Part shown: in pieces, positions 17,438-27,216 of the stretch | How positions within the stretch are numbered: position 1 is the stretch's first letter | Layout of the letters: each line of letters begins with the position of its first letter | Origin: an uncultured Lachnospiraceae bacterium | Lineage (GTDB): Bacteria > Bacillota > Clostridia > TANB77 > CAG-508 | Direction: 5' to 3' | Length of the DNA: 35,716 nt | Assembly: GCA_964497325.1 (NCBI GenBank) | Contig: CAZCCM010000003.1 | Coordinates: forward strand, 2,259 to 37,974 | Notes under the pieces: model-generated | What the model saw: only the letters and a program-made list of their open reading frames with translations | Told to the model about the DNA's origin: nothing | Databases searched by the model: none | Made by a program: the position numbers and the translations under genes

Positions 17438-18319
17438 ATGTATAAATTAATTGCTATTGATTTAGATGGCACTTTATTAAATGAGTATAGTATGGTGCCA
17501 GAGTCAACCGCAGAAGTATTAAGAGAGGCAAAAGAACAAGGTGTTGAAATAGTATTAGCATCAGGAAGACCTGCAAATTCAATAATTACATTTGCAAAAT
17601 CTATTGGCATTGATAATTATCTAATTGCAGGAAATGGTTCCTTACTTTATGATATACAAAATAAAGAAAATATATTTGATGCTTTTTTTGATAAGAATCA
17701 AGCACTACAGATAGCGGATATTTGTGAAGAAAACTCAATTTTTTATAACGCATACACTGAAAGAGAGATTATAGCAGATTCTTTAAAATATAATATATTA
17801 ATATATGAAAAAGAAAATCTAAGTAAACCAGAAGGACAAAGAACCCATATAAATATAGTACCAAATATTAAAGATTACATATCTGATTCTGATAGTAATG
17901 AATATTTAAAAATGACAATTTGTGATGAATCAAAGATTGTTTTTGATAATGTTTTAAGAAAACTAGAAAGAGCAAATAATTTTGAAATATTAAAACCTGA
18001 ATGGATGTCAAAAAAATATTTCAAGTATGGAACATCAGAATTTTCTTTACAATATTATTTCTCAGAGATAACTAAAAAAGATATAAACAAATGGGTTGCT
18101 ATTGAAAAGTTAGCCGAAAAGTTAGATATAAAAAGAGAAGAAATTATAGCTATTGGTGACAATACAAATGATGAAGCTATGATTAGGGGTGCTGGACTTG
18201 GTGTAGCTATGGGAAATGCTTCTGATGACATAAAAAACATAGCAGGATATATAACAGATACCAATACAAATGAAGGTGTAAGAAAAGCAATAGAAAAATT
18301 TATACTTAATAGAGAATAA
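17438..18319 (+). CDS. Cof-type HAD-IIB family hydrolase (sugar-phosphate phosphatase-like)
   Basis: IAIDLDGTLLN (motif I), ASGRP (motif II) and GDNTNDEAMIRGAGLGVAMGNA (motif IV). Confidence 0.85.
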   Translation: MYKLIAIDLDGTLLNEYSMVPESTAEVLREAKEQGVEIVLASGRPANSIITFAKSIGIDNYLIAGNGSLLYDIQNKENIFDAFFDKNQALQIADICEENSIFYNAYTEREIIADSLKYNILIYEKENLSKPEGQRTHINIVPNIKDYISDSDSNEYLKMTICDESKIVFDNVLRKLERANNFEILKPEWMSKKYFKYGTSEFSLQYYFSEITKKDINKWVAIEKLAEKLDIKREEIIAIGDNTNDEAMIRGAGLGVAMGNASDDIKNIAGYITDTNTNEGVRKAIEKFILNRE

Positions 18320-18333
18320 ATAATAATAAAGAT

Positions 18334-18369
18334 AAAGTTAAAGTTAAAGTTAAAGTTAAAGTTAAAGTT
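18334..18369. repeat. Hexanucleotide microsatellite (AAAGTT)x6
   Basis: Read directly: six perfect contiguous AAAGTT units lie between the Cof-type hydrolase stop and the next gene. Confidence 0.95.
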
Positions 18370-18417
18370 TAAACATGTTATTAAAAATTATATAAAAACA
18401 AAATTAAGGAGATAGAT

Positions 18418-19020
18418 ATGCAAAAAAATTTAGGAGTAGATGTTGATGGAGTATTAACTAATATTCAGGATTTTATATTTGAATTTGGTGCAAAATTTTC
18501 TTATGAAAGAGGATTTGATTTAGAAAATTTAAATAAAGATGCTTATGATTCAGCAATAACTTTTAATTGGTGTAACAACACTGATGATGAATTCTGGCAT
18601 GAAGTTTTAGAAAAATATTCAAGAGATGAAAGGCCAAGACAATTAGCATCAGAAGTTTTACACAAACTAAAGGATGAAGGATGGAAAATTCATATAATTA
18701 CAGCTAGAAAATCTATGAAAGAAGAAGATATAAAAGTAAATAAAATAGAAAAAATATTAGAAGAATGGCTAAAGATTCATGATATACCCTATGATGTCTT
18801 AGTTTTTACTGGAAGTGATAAAATTCAAGAAATAAAAGACTATAATATAGATGTAATGATTGAAGATAGTCCAAATAATATAGAACAATTAAGAGATTTA
18901 TGCTCAATAATAGTATTTGATGCAATGTATAATAAAGACTGTAATGGTGATAATTTAACAAGGGTGAATTCTTGGTATGAAATTTTAGATCATTTAGAAA
19001 AAGTTACTAAAAAAGAATAG
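18418..19020 (+). CDS. HAD superfamily hydrolase, 5'(3')-deoxyribonucleotidase (NT5C)-like
   Basis: GVDVDGVLTN (DxDxV motif I), IITAR (motif II) and MIEDSPNN (motif IV). The size and motif layout resemble the NT5C family. Confidence 0.6.
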   Translation: MQKNLGVDVDGVLTNIQDFIFEFGAKFSYERGFDLENLNKDAYDSAITFNWCNNTDDEFWHEVLEKYSRDERPRQLASEVLHKLKDEGWKIHIITARKSMKEEDIKVNKIEKILEEWLKIHDIPYDVLVFTGSDKIQEIKDYNIDVMIEDSPNNIEQLRDLCSIIVFDAMYNKDCNGDNLTRVNSWYEILDHLEKVTKKE

Positions 19021-19034
19021 AAGGAATAAAGACA

Positions 19035-20000
19035 ATGTTAAATAATAGGAAATATTCATTAATAGTTTCGTTATTTTCATTATTTATAGTTTTAATTTAT
19101 TTGTTTTTGGATAATTTTAGAATAAAAATTAGAAATATTAATGTTAAATTAAATTCTAACAAAGAAAATAAAAAATTAACTAAATATAAAATATTACAAA
19201 TATCAGATTTTCATAATCAAAATTGGGGTAAAGACAATGTTGTATTACTAAATAAAATTAATAGTATAAAACCTAATTATGTCTTTATTTCAGGAGATTT
19301 TATTGATAATAGAAAAACTAATTTGGAAATAGCATATAAGTTTTTTGATGATTTGAATAAAATATTAAATGTAAAAATAGATGGAGAGTCTAAAATCTTT
19401 TATGTTTATGGTAATCATGAGAAAATTAAATCAGATGATTTTATAAATTCGTATGAAAAAGTCTTAAAATCTAAAAATATTACTCTTTTAAAAGATGAAG
19501 TTAAACAAATATTTCTTAATAATCAAAAAATTAATATAATAGGACTTGATGATCCTTATAAAATTTTATTTGATAAGATAAATAAAACTAAAATAATAAA
19601 AAAATCAAATTTAAATTATTTTAATGCAAAAAATGAATCTAATGTAGAAAATTTAAGAATTTTAGAAGACAAAATTAGAAAAGTAATTAATAAAAATGAA
19701 AAAGAATTAAAAGACGGTTTTAATATTCTTCTTACACATAGACCAGAAGGATTTCCTGTATATATTAATGATAATATAGATTTGATAGTAGCAGGACATG
19801 CACATGGAGGATTAATAAGAGTTCCATTTACAAATATAAGTCTTATTGCTCCAAATCAACACATATTTCCTAAATATACAAAAGGACCATATATTAAAGA
19901 AAATATTGTAATGTATGTTAGTTTAGGACTTAAACATCCATTATTTCCTTTTAGGGTTTTTGCAACACCGGATATGAATTTGATTAATATAGAAGTTTGA
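19035..20000 (+). CDS. Membrane-anchored metallophosphoesterase (calcineurin-like, YkuE-type)
   Basis: N-terminal TM helix. Motifs ILQISDFHN, ISGDFID, GNHE, LTHRP and AGHAHGG. Confidence 0.8.
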   Translation: MLNNRKYSLIVSLFSLFIVLIYLFLDNFRIKIRNINVKLNSNKENKKLTKYKILQISDFHNQNWGKDNVVLLNKINSIKPNYVFISGDFIDNRKTNLEIAYKFFDDLNKILNVKIDGESKIFYVYGNHEKIKSDDFINSYEKVLKSKNITLLKDEVKQIFLNNQKINIIGLDDPYKILFDKINKTKIIKKSNLNYFNAKNESNVENLRILEDKIRKVINKNEKELKDGFNILLTHRPEGFPVYINDNIDLIVAGHAHGGLIRVPFTNISLIAPNQHIFPKYTKGPYIKENIVMYVSLGLKHPLFPFRVFATPDMNLINIEV

Positions 20001-20032
20001 TATCTAAAGCAAGTAATTTAATTGATTTTAGG

Positions 20033-20081
20033 TATTCTCCATGATAAAATTAAAGAAGAAAAGAGTAAAATATGGAGAATA
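20033..20081 (+). promoter_or_regulatory. 10-bp perfect inverted repeat whose 3' arm contains the start codon of the downstream gene
   Basis: TATTCTCCAT (20033-20042) and ATGGAGAATA (20072-20081) are reverse complements. G-U pairs could extend the stem. The loop is 29 nt. Confidence 0.4.
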
Positions 20082-20872
20082 TTAAAAATATGAAAAGCAA
20101 GGAAAGAAAAGAGTCAAAAGAAAAAAATAATAAAAAAATTAATGATAAAGAAGGAAAAAATCAAAAGTATGATTTTATAAATGTATTTAATTATTTATTA
20201 ATAAATGCATTTAGAATTATACTTCTTTTTTTACTTATAAGTTCAATAATTAAAAAAGATAAAGAACAAATTCTTTTGGTTTCATTATGTTCAATTACAT
20301 CATTTTACAGAGAACTTATATTTCTTTTTACAAAGATAAGAATCTCTGTTGTAATGCAGATAATCTTTACAACATTTTTAATTTTAGCCATATTATTTGG
20401 AACCTTAATGAAGGTATATGATAAAGTTCCTTGGTGGGATACAATGTTGCATGGAGTTTCTGGAATTCTTTTAGTTATTTCCTCTTTAATGGTATTAGCA
20501 ATGATGAAAGAAAAAAATAAAAATATAAAATATTCAGTTGGATTAGTAGTATCTTATGCTTTCTTTTTTTCAATGACAGCAGGGGTAATTTGGGAATTAT
20601 TAGAATTTACTGCTGATAATTTTTTTGGAATGAATGCACAAAGAGCAAAAGGTGTAGAGTACGGCGTTTTAGACACTATGCAAGATATTATTGCAAACAC
20701 AGTAGGTACAACTATTGCTTGTATTGTGTTGTTTTCTGTATTAACAAAAAAATCTTCTGAAGAAATTTATTTGTTTTTAAAAGAATGGTTTCTTGTTCCA
20801 GAAGATGACAGAGAAAGAAGAAAAAGAATACATAAAATACATAAAAAACAAATTACTGAAAGTCAAAAGTAA
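20072..20872 (+). CDS. Hypothetical polytopic membrane protein with Lys-rich N- and C-terminal tails
   Basis: About six hydrophobic helices. Motifs WWDTMLHGVSG and WELLEFTAD, which I cannot assign confidently to a family. An alternative in-frame start is at 20090. Confidence 0.6.
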   Translation: MENIKNMKSKERKESKEKNNKKINDKEGKNQKYDFINVFNYLLINAFRIILLFLLISSIIKKDKEQILLVSLCSITSFYRELIFLFTKIRISVVMQIIFTTFLILAILFGTLMKVYDKVPWWDTMLHGVSGILLVISSLMVLAMMKEKNKNIKYSVGLVVSYAFFFSMTAGVIWELLEFTADNFFGMNAQRAKGVEYGVLDTMQDIIANTVGTTIACIVLFSVLTKKSSEEIYLFLKEWFLVPEDDRERRKRIHKIHKKQITESQK

Positions 20873-20924
20873 GTAAGTATAATTTAGTAAATAATATAAT
20901 AAATTAGTACAAACTTAAATTTAA

Positions 20925-20990
20925 AGAAATATAGACTTAAATAAATATAGGCTTAAACTTAGACTTAAACTTAAATAAATATAGACTTAA
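20925..20990. repeat. Three direct copies of a ~16-nt motif (A[G/T]AAATATAG[A/G]CTTAA) plus ACTTAA-type short repeats
   Basis: Copies at 20925-20940, 20941-20956 and 20975-20990, read directly. They lie in the leader of the 21029 gene. Confidence 0.85.
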
Positions 20991-21028
20991 AAAAATATAA
21001 ATAAATATAATAAGAAAAGGAGTTTTAT

Positions 21029-21802
21029 ATGAAAAAATTTTTAATAGGAATTATTGTAACAATAGTATTGCTAGTTCTTTTAGGAGGAATTTTTTTCTTA
21101 ATAGATAAGGCAGAATATTTTAGTAAGGGAGAAACTTTTTTTACTATAAATGAAGATATGGGAGATAATTTAACTCGTAGGATAGGATTAGGATATGTAA
21201 TGTATACTAGAAATACAGGATTTCCTAATAATGAAAATGATAATATAATTTCTTCATGGTTTAAAGCGGTAAAGAGAGATGAAGCTATTGAAATATTATT
21301 AAAAGACAAAATACTTTTTGAAAATCTAAGTCTTGAAGAAAATCAAGTAGTGAAGTATTATTCTTATTTATTAATGACAAGCTTAAATTCAAAAGGTGAA
21401 GAGCTTAAAGAAGTAGATACAAATACAATTTTCGTTAATTTTGACAAATTAGAAGACTTACAAACAAGTGAAAAAATATCTAAACCTGTTATTGAAGCTA
21501 TAAAAGATACTTTAAAACAGAAACTAAATAACCCTGAAATTAAAATAGAAAATAGTAATACAGATGAATTATCAAGAGAAGAAAAAATACAATCTACTAT
21601 AGTAAGAGGATATTCTCAAGGAATTTATGTAGATATTAATAGGGTTGAATTAAGAAATGAAGTAGAAGTAAAATTAGTTCAAATAGAAATAGTAAACAGT
21701 TTTAGAACTAAAGAATCTTATAAAGCTGAAATTAAATACAGTTTTAATACAGCTTTAATAAAAGAATCTGTAGATGGAAATATATTTACAGAAGTAAAAT
21801 AA
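21029..21802 (+). CDS. Hypothetical protein with N-terminal membrane anchor
   Basis: AAGGAG SD and an N-terminal TM helix (FLIGIIVTIVLLVLLGGIFFLI). The rest has no motif I recognise. Confidence 0.6.
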   Translation: MKKFLIGIIVTIVLLVLLGGIFFLIDKAEYFSKGETFFTINEDMGDNLTRRIGLGYVMYTRNTGFPNNENDNIISSWFKAVKRDEAIEILLKDKILFENLSLEENQVVKYYSYLLMTSLNSKGEELKEVDTNTIFVNFDKLEDLQTSEKISKPVIEAIKDTLKQKLNNPEIKIENSNTDELSREEKIQSTIVRGYSQGIYVDINRVELRNEVEVKLVQIEIVNSFRTKESYKAEIKYSFNTALIKESVDGNIFTEVK

Positions 21803-21853
21803 AATAATAAAATAAAAATAACAGAATAGTAAAACAATAAAATAAGGATACAA

Positions 21854-22726
21854 ATGGATAATAATTATATAAATAGTAGTGATGTTAATAATCTAGTAAG
21901 TTTAAGTGGAAAAATATTAAGAGATGAAATACTTGAAAATTTAAGAGAATATATTTTAAAGAATAATTTATCTCTTGCTTTTGCTATTATTTCTATTGGA
22001 GATGATGAAGCTTCAAAAATATATATTAATCAAAAAGAAAAGATGGCTAAAAAAATAGGTATCAAATGTAATATTTATAATTTTTCTGAAGATGTTACAA
22101 TGGCTGATATAATAGATGTAATTGATAAATTAAATAATGATTATTCAATTAATGGAATAATAGTTCAATTACCTATACCGGATTCTTTAGATAAGGTAAA
22201 AATTTTAAATTCTATAGATTCTAAAAAAGATATTGATGGTTTAACAAATATTAATTTAGGAAAGTTAGTAAATAAAGAAAAAGGATTATATCCTGCAACA
22301 GCAGTAGGAGTTATAAAACTTTTAAAGTATTATAACATACCAATATTGGGAAAAAATGTTTTAATTATTAATAGAAGTTCTTTGGTAGGAAAGCCTCTTG
22401 CTTTAATGATGTTAAATGAGGGAGCTACAGTAACAGTTGCACATTCTCAAACTAATAATTTAAATAGCATTTTAAAAAACTATAACATAATAGTATCTGC
22501 AGTAGGACAGAAGGATTTAATACAAAAAGAATATGTAAATTCAGACACTATACTAGTAGATATTGGTGTTTCCAGAATAAATAATAAAATATATGGAGAT
22601 GTTGAGGATAGTTTAAAGTTAACAAATATATCAACACCAACAATAGGTGGGGTTGGTCCTTTAACAATAGCAATGTTAGCAAATAATATAGTTGAAGCAT
22701 ATAAATTACAAAAAGATATAAATTAA
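21854..22726 (+). CDS. folD: Bifunctional methylenetetrahydrofolate dehydrogenase / methenyltetrahydrofolate cyclohydrolase
   Basis: ASKIYINQKEKMAKKIGI, VQLPIP, DGL, INRSSLVGKPLALMML and GGVGPLTIAML are FolD hallmarks. Confidence 0.92.
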   Translation: MDNNYINSSDVNNLVSLSGKILRDEILENLREYILKNNLSLAFAIISIGDDEASKIYINQKEKMAKKIGIKCNIYNFSEDVTMADIIDVIDKLNNDYSINGIIVQLPIPDSLDKVKILNSIDSKKDIDGLTNINLGKLVNKEKGLYPATAVGVIKLLKYYNIPILGKNVLIINRSSLVGKPLALMMLNEGATVTVAHSQTNNLNSILKNYNIIVSAVGQKDLIQKEYVNSDTILVDIGVSRINNKIYGDVEDSLKLTNISTPTIGGVGPLTIAMLANNIVEAYKLQKDIN

Positions 22727-22793
22727 AATAATAAAATATAAAATAAAAAATAATAACTTATTAAAGATTATAGAATAAAAAGTTAGGAGAAAT

Positions 22794-23495
22794 ATGTCAT
22801 TTATTGAAGTAAAAGATTTATATAAGAAGTATAAAATGGGTGAAACAGAAATTATTGCCAATAATGGCATTAGTTTTAATATTGAAGAAGGAGAATTGGT
22901 AGTAATATTAGGACCTTCTGGAGCTGGTAAGTCAACATTGCTAAATATCTTAGGAGGAATGGATACTCCCACTAGTGGATCTGTTGTAATTGACGGAGAA
23001 GATATTGCTAAATATTCTGAAAAACAATTAACACAATTTCGAAGAGATTCAGTAGGATTTGTTTTTCAATTTTATAACTTGATTCCTAATTTATCTGCAT
23101 TAGAAAATGTAGAAATTGCAACTCAGGTTGATCCTAATTCTGGAGATCCTAAAGAAGCTATAGTATCTGTAGGATTAGAAGATAGAATGAATAATTTCCC
23201 TAGTCAATTATCAGGAGGGGAACAACAAAGAGTAGCAATAGCAAGAGCTTTGGCTAAAGAACCAAAACTGTTACTTTGTGATGAACCAACAGGAGCTTTA
23301 GATTATAATACAGGAAAACAAATATTAAAGTTATTGCAGGATACTTCTAAAAATACAGGACATACAGTTATAATAATTACACATAATCAGGCTATTGCAG
23401 GTATTGCAAATAAAGTTATTGAAATTAATGATGCAAAAGTAAGAAAAATATGGATAAATGACAACCCAATGCCAATAGATAAAATAGAGTGGTAG
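22794..23495 (+). CDS. ABC transporter ATP-binding protein (MacB/LolD/FtsE-like)
   Basis: Walker [11 protein letters not shown]-loop, signature [15 protein letters not shown], Walker [13 protein letters not shown] and H-loop ITHN. Confidence 0.92.
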   Translation: MSFIEVKDLYKKYKMGETEIIANNGISFNIEEGELVVILGPSGAGKSTLLNILGGMDTPTSGSVVIDGEDIAKYSEKQLTQFRRDSVGFVFQFYNLIPNLSALENVEIATQVDPNSGDPKEAIVSVGLEDRMNNFPSQLSGGEQQRVAIARALAKEPKLLLCDEPTGALDYNTGKQILKLLQDTSKNTGHTVIIITHNQAIAGIANKVIEINDAKVRKIWINDNPMPIDKIEW

Positions 23496-23499
23496 GTAG

Positions 23500-26400
23500 A
23501 TGAAAACAGCTTTTATTAAAAACACATTAAGAGAGATTAAATCTTCTTTTGGAAGATTTGCTTCAATTGCCTTGATGTTATTGATAGGAACTTTTGCCTA
23601 TGTAGGACTAAAATCTGCAGGTCCTGATATGAGAAAAACTTTAGATGATTTTACAGAAGAAACAAATATGTCTCATATGATGATTCAGTTTACAACTGGT
23701 ATTGAAGAAAAAGATAAAAGAAAGATTTTAGAATATGATGAAATATCAGATTCAGAATTTTTAAAGGCAATTGAACTTAAGACAAGTGTTGATGATAATT
23801 TAATCAATCTAATAGAATTACCAAAAAGTATTTCTAAACCTAAAATTTTAGAGGGAAAATATCCAGAAAAACAAGGTGAATTATTATTAGATAATAGCCT
23901 TAAAGATAAAATAAATATTGGAGATAAGATTCTTTTTAATAAAGAAGAAGAGACATTAAACTTTATTTTAGAAGAAAATCATAATGAATTAGAGAACTCT
24001 AGTATTAATGTTTCAAAAAAAGATAAAGGCAAAGATAAAGATAAAGAATCAAGATTATCAACATATGAATATAAAGTAGTAGGATTTTGTATTACACCAG
24101 AATATCTTGGTGAGAAAGACAAAGGACAATCTTTTTCTAAATATGGTGACTTTTATTCTTTTGGATATATTTCTAAAGATAGTTTTGCTAAATTAAAAGA
24201 TAAAAAAGAAAACAGTAAAACACAAATAGCCTATATTAGGTTTAAAAATTTAGATAATTTAGAAACAACTGATTTAGGTTTTGAAACAAGAAGTCTTAAA
24301 CATAAAAAATATTTTGAAACATTATTTAAAAATAGATCTGATGAATTATTTAATGAAATGAATAACGATATATTAGCTGAGTTAAAGATAATGGAAGATG
24401 AAATATATAATGCAAAGAAAGAAATTAAGGACGCTGAGAGTGAGCTAACAAATGCTAGAATAAAAGTATTAACAGGTTGGTTAGATTATGAGGAAGGTAC
24501 AGAAAAATATTATGAAGAAATAGAAAAAGCAGAAAAAGAACTAGAAGTTTCTAAACAACAGATGAAAGAAGGAGAAGCCGAATATGAAAAGGGTAGAACA
24601 GAATTAGATGAAGCTATAAAAAAATACAACAATGGACTTAAACAATATGATTCTAGTCTTTCTGTATATAATCAATCTAAAACACAATTAGACAGTTCAG
24701 AGAAAGAATTAAATACATTAAAACAGAATAAGGAAAAATTACAAAGTTTAAAAACATTTGTTTCTAACGAAGTCTCTCTTAAAAAAATAATAGATAAACA
24801 TGATTCTTTAATTGTAGCAAGGACTGCAAAAATTAAAGAAAAAGAAGATGCAATTTTAATAGGTGATACAAATCTTGCAAACCAAATACAAATTGAGATT
24901 GATGATTTAAATACTCAAATTAATGCATTAGGAGATATTAATTCTACAAAAACACAATACAATTCATTGCAAACAATAAAAGCATCTTTTGAAGAATATG
25001 TAAAAGAAATTTATAAATTAGAACATAGTAATATATCTAATGGGAAACAAAGTTATGCTCAAAGTTTAATAGATTCAATTTCAAGTAGTGAAGAAAAAAT
25101 AACTCAAGGGAAGACAGAATTAAGTGCTTCCAAGATAATATTAGATAATGCTAAAGAAACTTTAGATAACGCAAAAGCAGGAATAGATAGCGGAGAGGCA
25201 ACTTTAAGTAAATCAAAAAAAACTTTAGATGATGCAAAAAAACAATATGATGATGGTAAAAATACTTTTGATGAAGAAAAAAGTAAGGGATATATAGAAT
25301 TAATTAATTCAAAAAATGCTTTAAAAGGAGCAGAAAAAGAAATAGAAGATAATGAGAAAAAACTAAAAAAAGAAAAAATAAAGGCTGAAAAAGAAATAAC
25401 TGATGCAGAAGAAAAAATAAATAAAGTTAAAGAAAGTATAAAAAAATTAGATAAACCTTTATGTATTTTTAGTTCTAGATATAATAATGCTAATTATTAT
25501 TTGTTTTATGATTCATCAAAAAAGATAGATCTACTTGCAAGTGTATTTCCTCCATTTTTATTTTTAATAGCATTATTAGTTTCTTTAACAACTATGACAA
25601 GAATGGTTGATGAACAAAGACAAGAAATAGGAATATATAAAGGACTAGGATATTCGAATAATGCAATTGCTATAAAGTATGCTATTTATGGTGGTATTGC
25701 TGCTATAATAGGAGGAATATTAGGAGTTATTGCTGGAGCTAATACTTTAACTAAGATTGTTTATAATGCATATGCAACAACATTTGTTTTAAAAGAAAGA
25801 GTTCATGTTGTAAATTATAGTTCAGGGATTATGGCTATAGTTTTATCTATTTCAAGTACCTCTGTAGCGGCATATTTGTCTGTAAAAAAGTATTTAAATA
25901 AAAATGCTGCAACTTTGATGAGACCTAGAATACAAAAAGAAGGTAAGAAAACTATCTTTGAGAAGGTTAAATTTATATGGAAGAGACTACCTTTTTTAGT
26001 AAAAGTTACTCTAAGAAATGTTTTTAGATATAAAGGTAGAATGTTTATGACAATACTTGGAGTTGGAGGTTGTACAGGACTATTATTTTTTGGCTTTTCT
26101 TTAAGATATTCTATGGCAGAAGTACTGCCAAAACAAACTGAAGAAATTACTAAAGTAGACTTCATAGTTTCATATAATAAAGTTATAGATGAAGATAACT
26201 TTAATGATTTTAAGAATTTTATTTTAACAGATGATAGAATAAATATAAGCAGTGAAGCTTATTCTGAACCAGGAATATATAAGAATGCAAGTGGTCAATT
26301 ATCAAATATATTTTTAATAGTTCCAAAAGATATGGATAAATTTAAAGAACAAGTAAATTTGATAGATAGCAGATCAGATAGTGAAAAAATAAAAGCAATT

Positions 26401-27216
26401 CCTAAAAGTAAAAAAGATTTAAGAAAAATAGAAAAGAATAGACTAAAAGAATTGAGAAAAGAAGGCAAAGAAGATATAATTGATATTGATAATAAATCAG
26501 CTATATTTACTGAAAAGTTTTTAGATATTACTGGAAAAGAAAAAGGTGAAAACATTTTTATTGAAAATTTATATGGAGAGGAATATAAGATTAATGTAGG
26601 AACTCCAGCAAAAAATTATATTTCACATTTTGCATATATGAGTCCAGAATATTATGATAAAATTTATGAAAAAAGTACAGAAGCAAATACATATTTAATA
26701 AGTTTAAATAGTGGAGCAGATGCAGAAGAGTTTAAAAAAGATCTTTCTAAGTACACAATAATTACAACTACTTTAGATATGAGATTCAAAGAAATTAATA
26801 GTTGGATTTTAACTATTGATATTGTTGTTATAATAGTAGCAGGCATTTCTGCAATATTAGCATTTGTAGTTTTATACAATTTAACATATATTAATTTGTC
26901 TGAAAGATTAAGAGAAATATCTACTATAAAAGTTTTAGGATTTTATCCTAAAGAAGTTATTAGATATATTTATTCAGAAACAGCTATATTAACTGTTTTA
27001 GGTATAATTACAGGATATTATCTTGGAAATTTACTATATGTTTTAATTGCAGATATGATTATTCAAGATACATTAAATTTATATGCAGGTAACAATCTAT
27101 ATGTATATTTAGGAGCATCTGCTATTACATTATTCTTCTTTGCAATTGTTGGAATAATTATAAATAGGAAATTAAAGAAGATAGATATGGTAGAAGCTTT
27201 AAAAGGTTTTGAATAG
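23500..27216 (+). CDS. Fused double FtsX/MacB-type ABC permease (1238 aa) with a very large coiled-coil extracytoplasmic insertion
   Basis: TM1 near the N-terminus, a MacB periplasmic-core-like segment (LLDNSLKDKINIGDKILF), then several hundred residues of heptad-like K/E/N/L-rich sequence. Two FtsX modules follow (TMTRMVDEQRQEIGIYKGLGY... and NLSERLREISTIKVLGFYPKEV...), each with 3 TM helices. Confidence 0.85.
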   Translation: MKTAFIKNTLREIKSSFGRFASIALMLLIGTFAYVGLKSAGPDMRKTLDDFTEETNMSHMMIQFTTGIEEKDKRKILEYDEISDSEFLKAIELKTSVDDNLINLIELPKSISKPKILEGKYPEKQGELLLDNSLKDKINIGDKILFNKEEETLNFILEENHNELENSSINVSKKDKGKDKDKESRLSTYEYKVVGFCITPEYLGEKDKGQSFSKYGDFYSFGYISKDSFAKLKDKKENSKTQIAYIRFKNLDNLETTDLGFETRSLKHKKYFETLFKNRSDELFNEMNNDILAELKIMEDEIYNAKKEIKDAESELTNARIKVLTGWLDYEEGTEKYYEEIEKAEKELEVSKQQMKEGEAEYEKGRTELDEAIKKYNNGLKQYDSSLSVYNQSKTQLDSSEKELNTLKQNKEKLQSLKTFVSNEVSLKKIIDKHDSLIVARTAKIKEKEDAILIGDTNLANQIQIEIDDLNTQINALGDINSTKTQYNSLQTIKASFEEYVKEIYKLEHSNISNGKQSYAQSLIDSISSSEEKITQGKTELSASKIILDNAKETLDNAKAGIDSGEATLSKSKKTLDDAKKQYDDGKNTFDEEKSKGYIELINSKNALKGAEKEIEDNEKKLKKEKIKAEKEITDAEEKINKVKESIKKLDKPLCIFSSRYNNANYYLFYDSSKKIDLLASVFPPFLFLIALLVSLTTMTRMVDEQRQEIGIYKGLGYSNNAIAIKYAIYGGIAAIIGGILGVIAGANTLTKIVYNAYATTFVLKERVHVVNYSSGIMAIVLSISSTSVAAYLSVKKYLNKNAATLMRPRIQKEGKKTIFEKVKFIWKRLPFLVKVTLRNVFRYKGRMFMTILGVGGCTGLLFFGFSLRYSMAEVLPKQTEEITKVDFIVSYNKVIDEDNFNDFKNFILTDDRINISSEAYSEPGIYKNASGQLSNIFLIVPKDMDKFKEQVNLIDSRSDSEKIKAIPKSKKDLRKIEKNRLKELRKEGKEDIIDIDNKSAIFTEKFLDITGKEKGENIFIENLYGEEYKINVGTPAKNYISHFAYMSPEYYDKIYEKSTEANTYLISLNSGADAEEFKKDLSKYTIITTTLDMRFKEINSWILTIDIVVIIVAGISAILAFVVLYNLTYINLSERLREISTIKVLGFYPKEVIRYIYSETAILTVLGIITGYYLGNLLYVLIADMIIQDTLNLYAGNNLYVYLGASAITLFFFAIVGIIINRKLKKIDMVEALKGFE

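Noticed and set aside
17293-17610. 105-aa minus-strand ORF spanning the hpf end, the intergenic spacer and the start of the Cof-type hydrolase gene
   Set aside because: It overlaps two well-supported + strand genes in antisense and is hydrophobic low complexity from AT-rich sequence. It has no SD and no recognisable motif.
22706-22972. 88-aa minus-strand ORF overlapping the ABC ATPase start
   Set aside because: This is a classic antisense artefact. Its VDLPAPEGP segment is simply the reverse-complement reading of the Walker A box GPSGAGKST. The remainder is AT-rich intergenic sequence.
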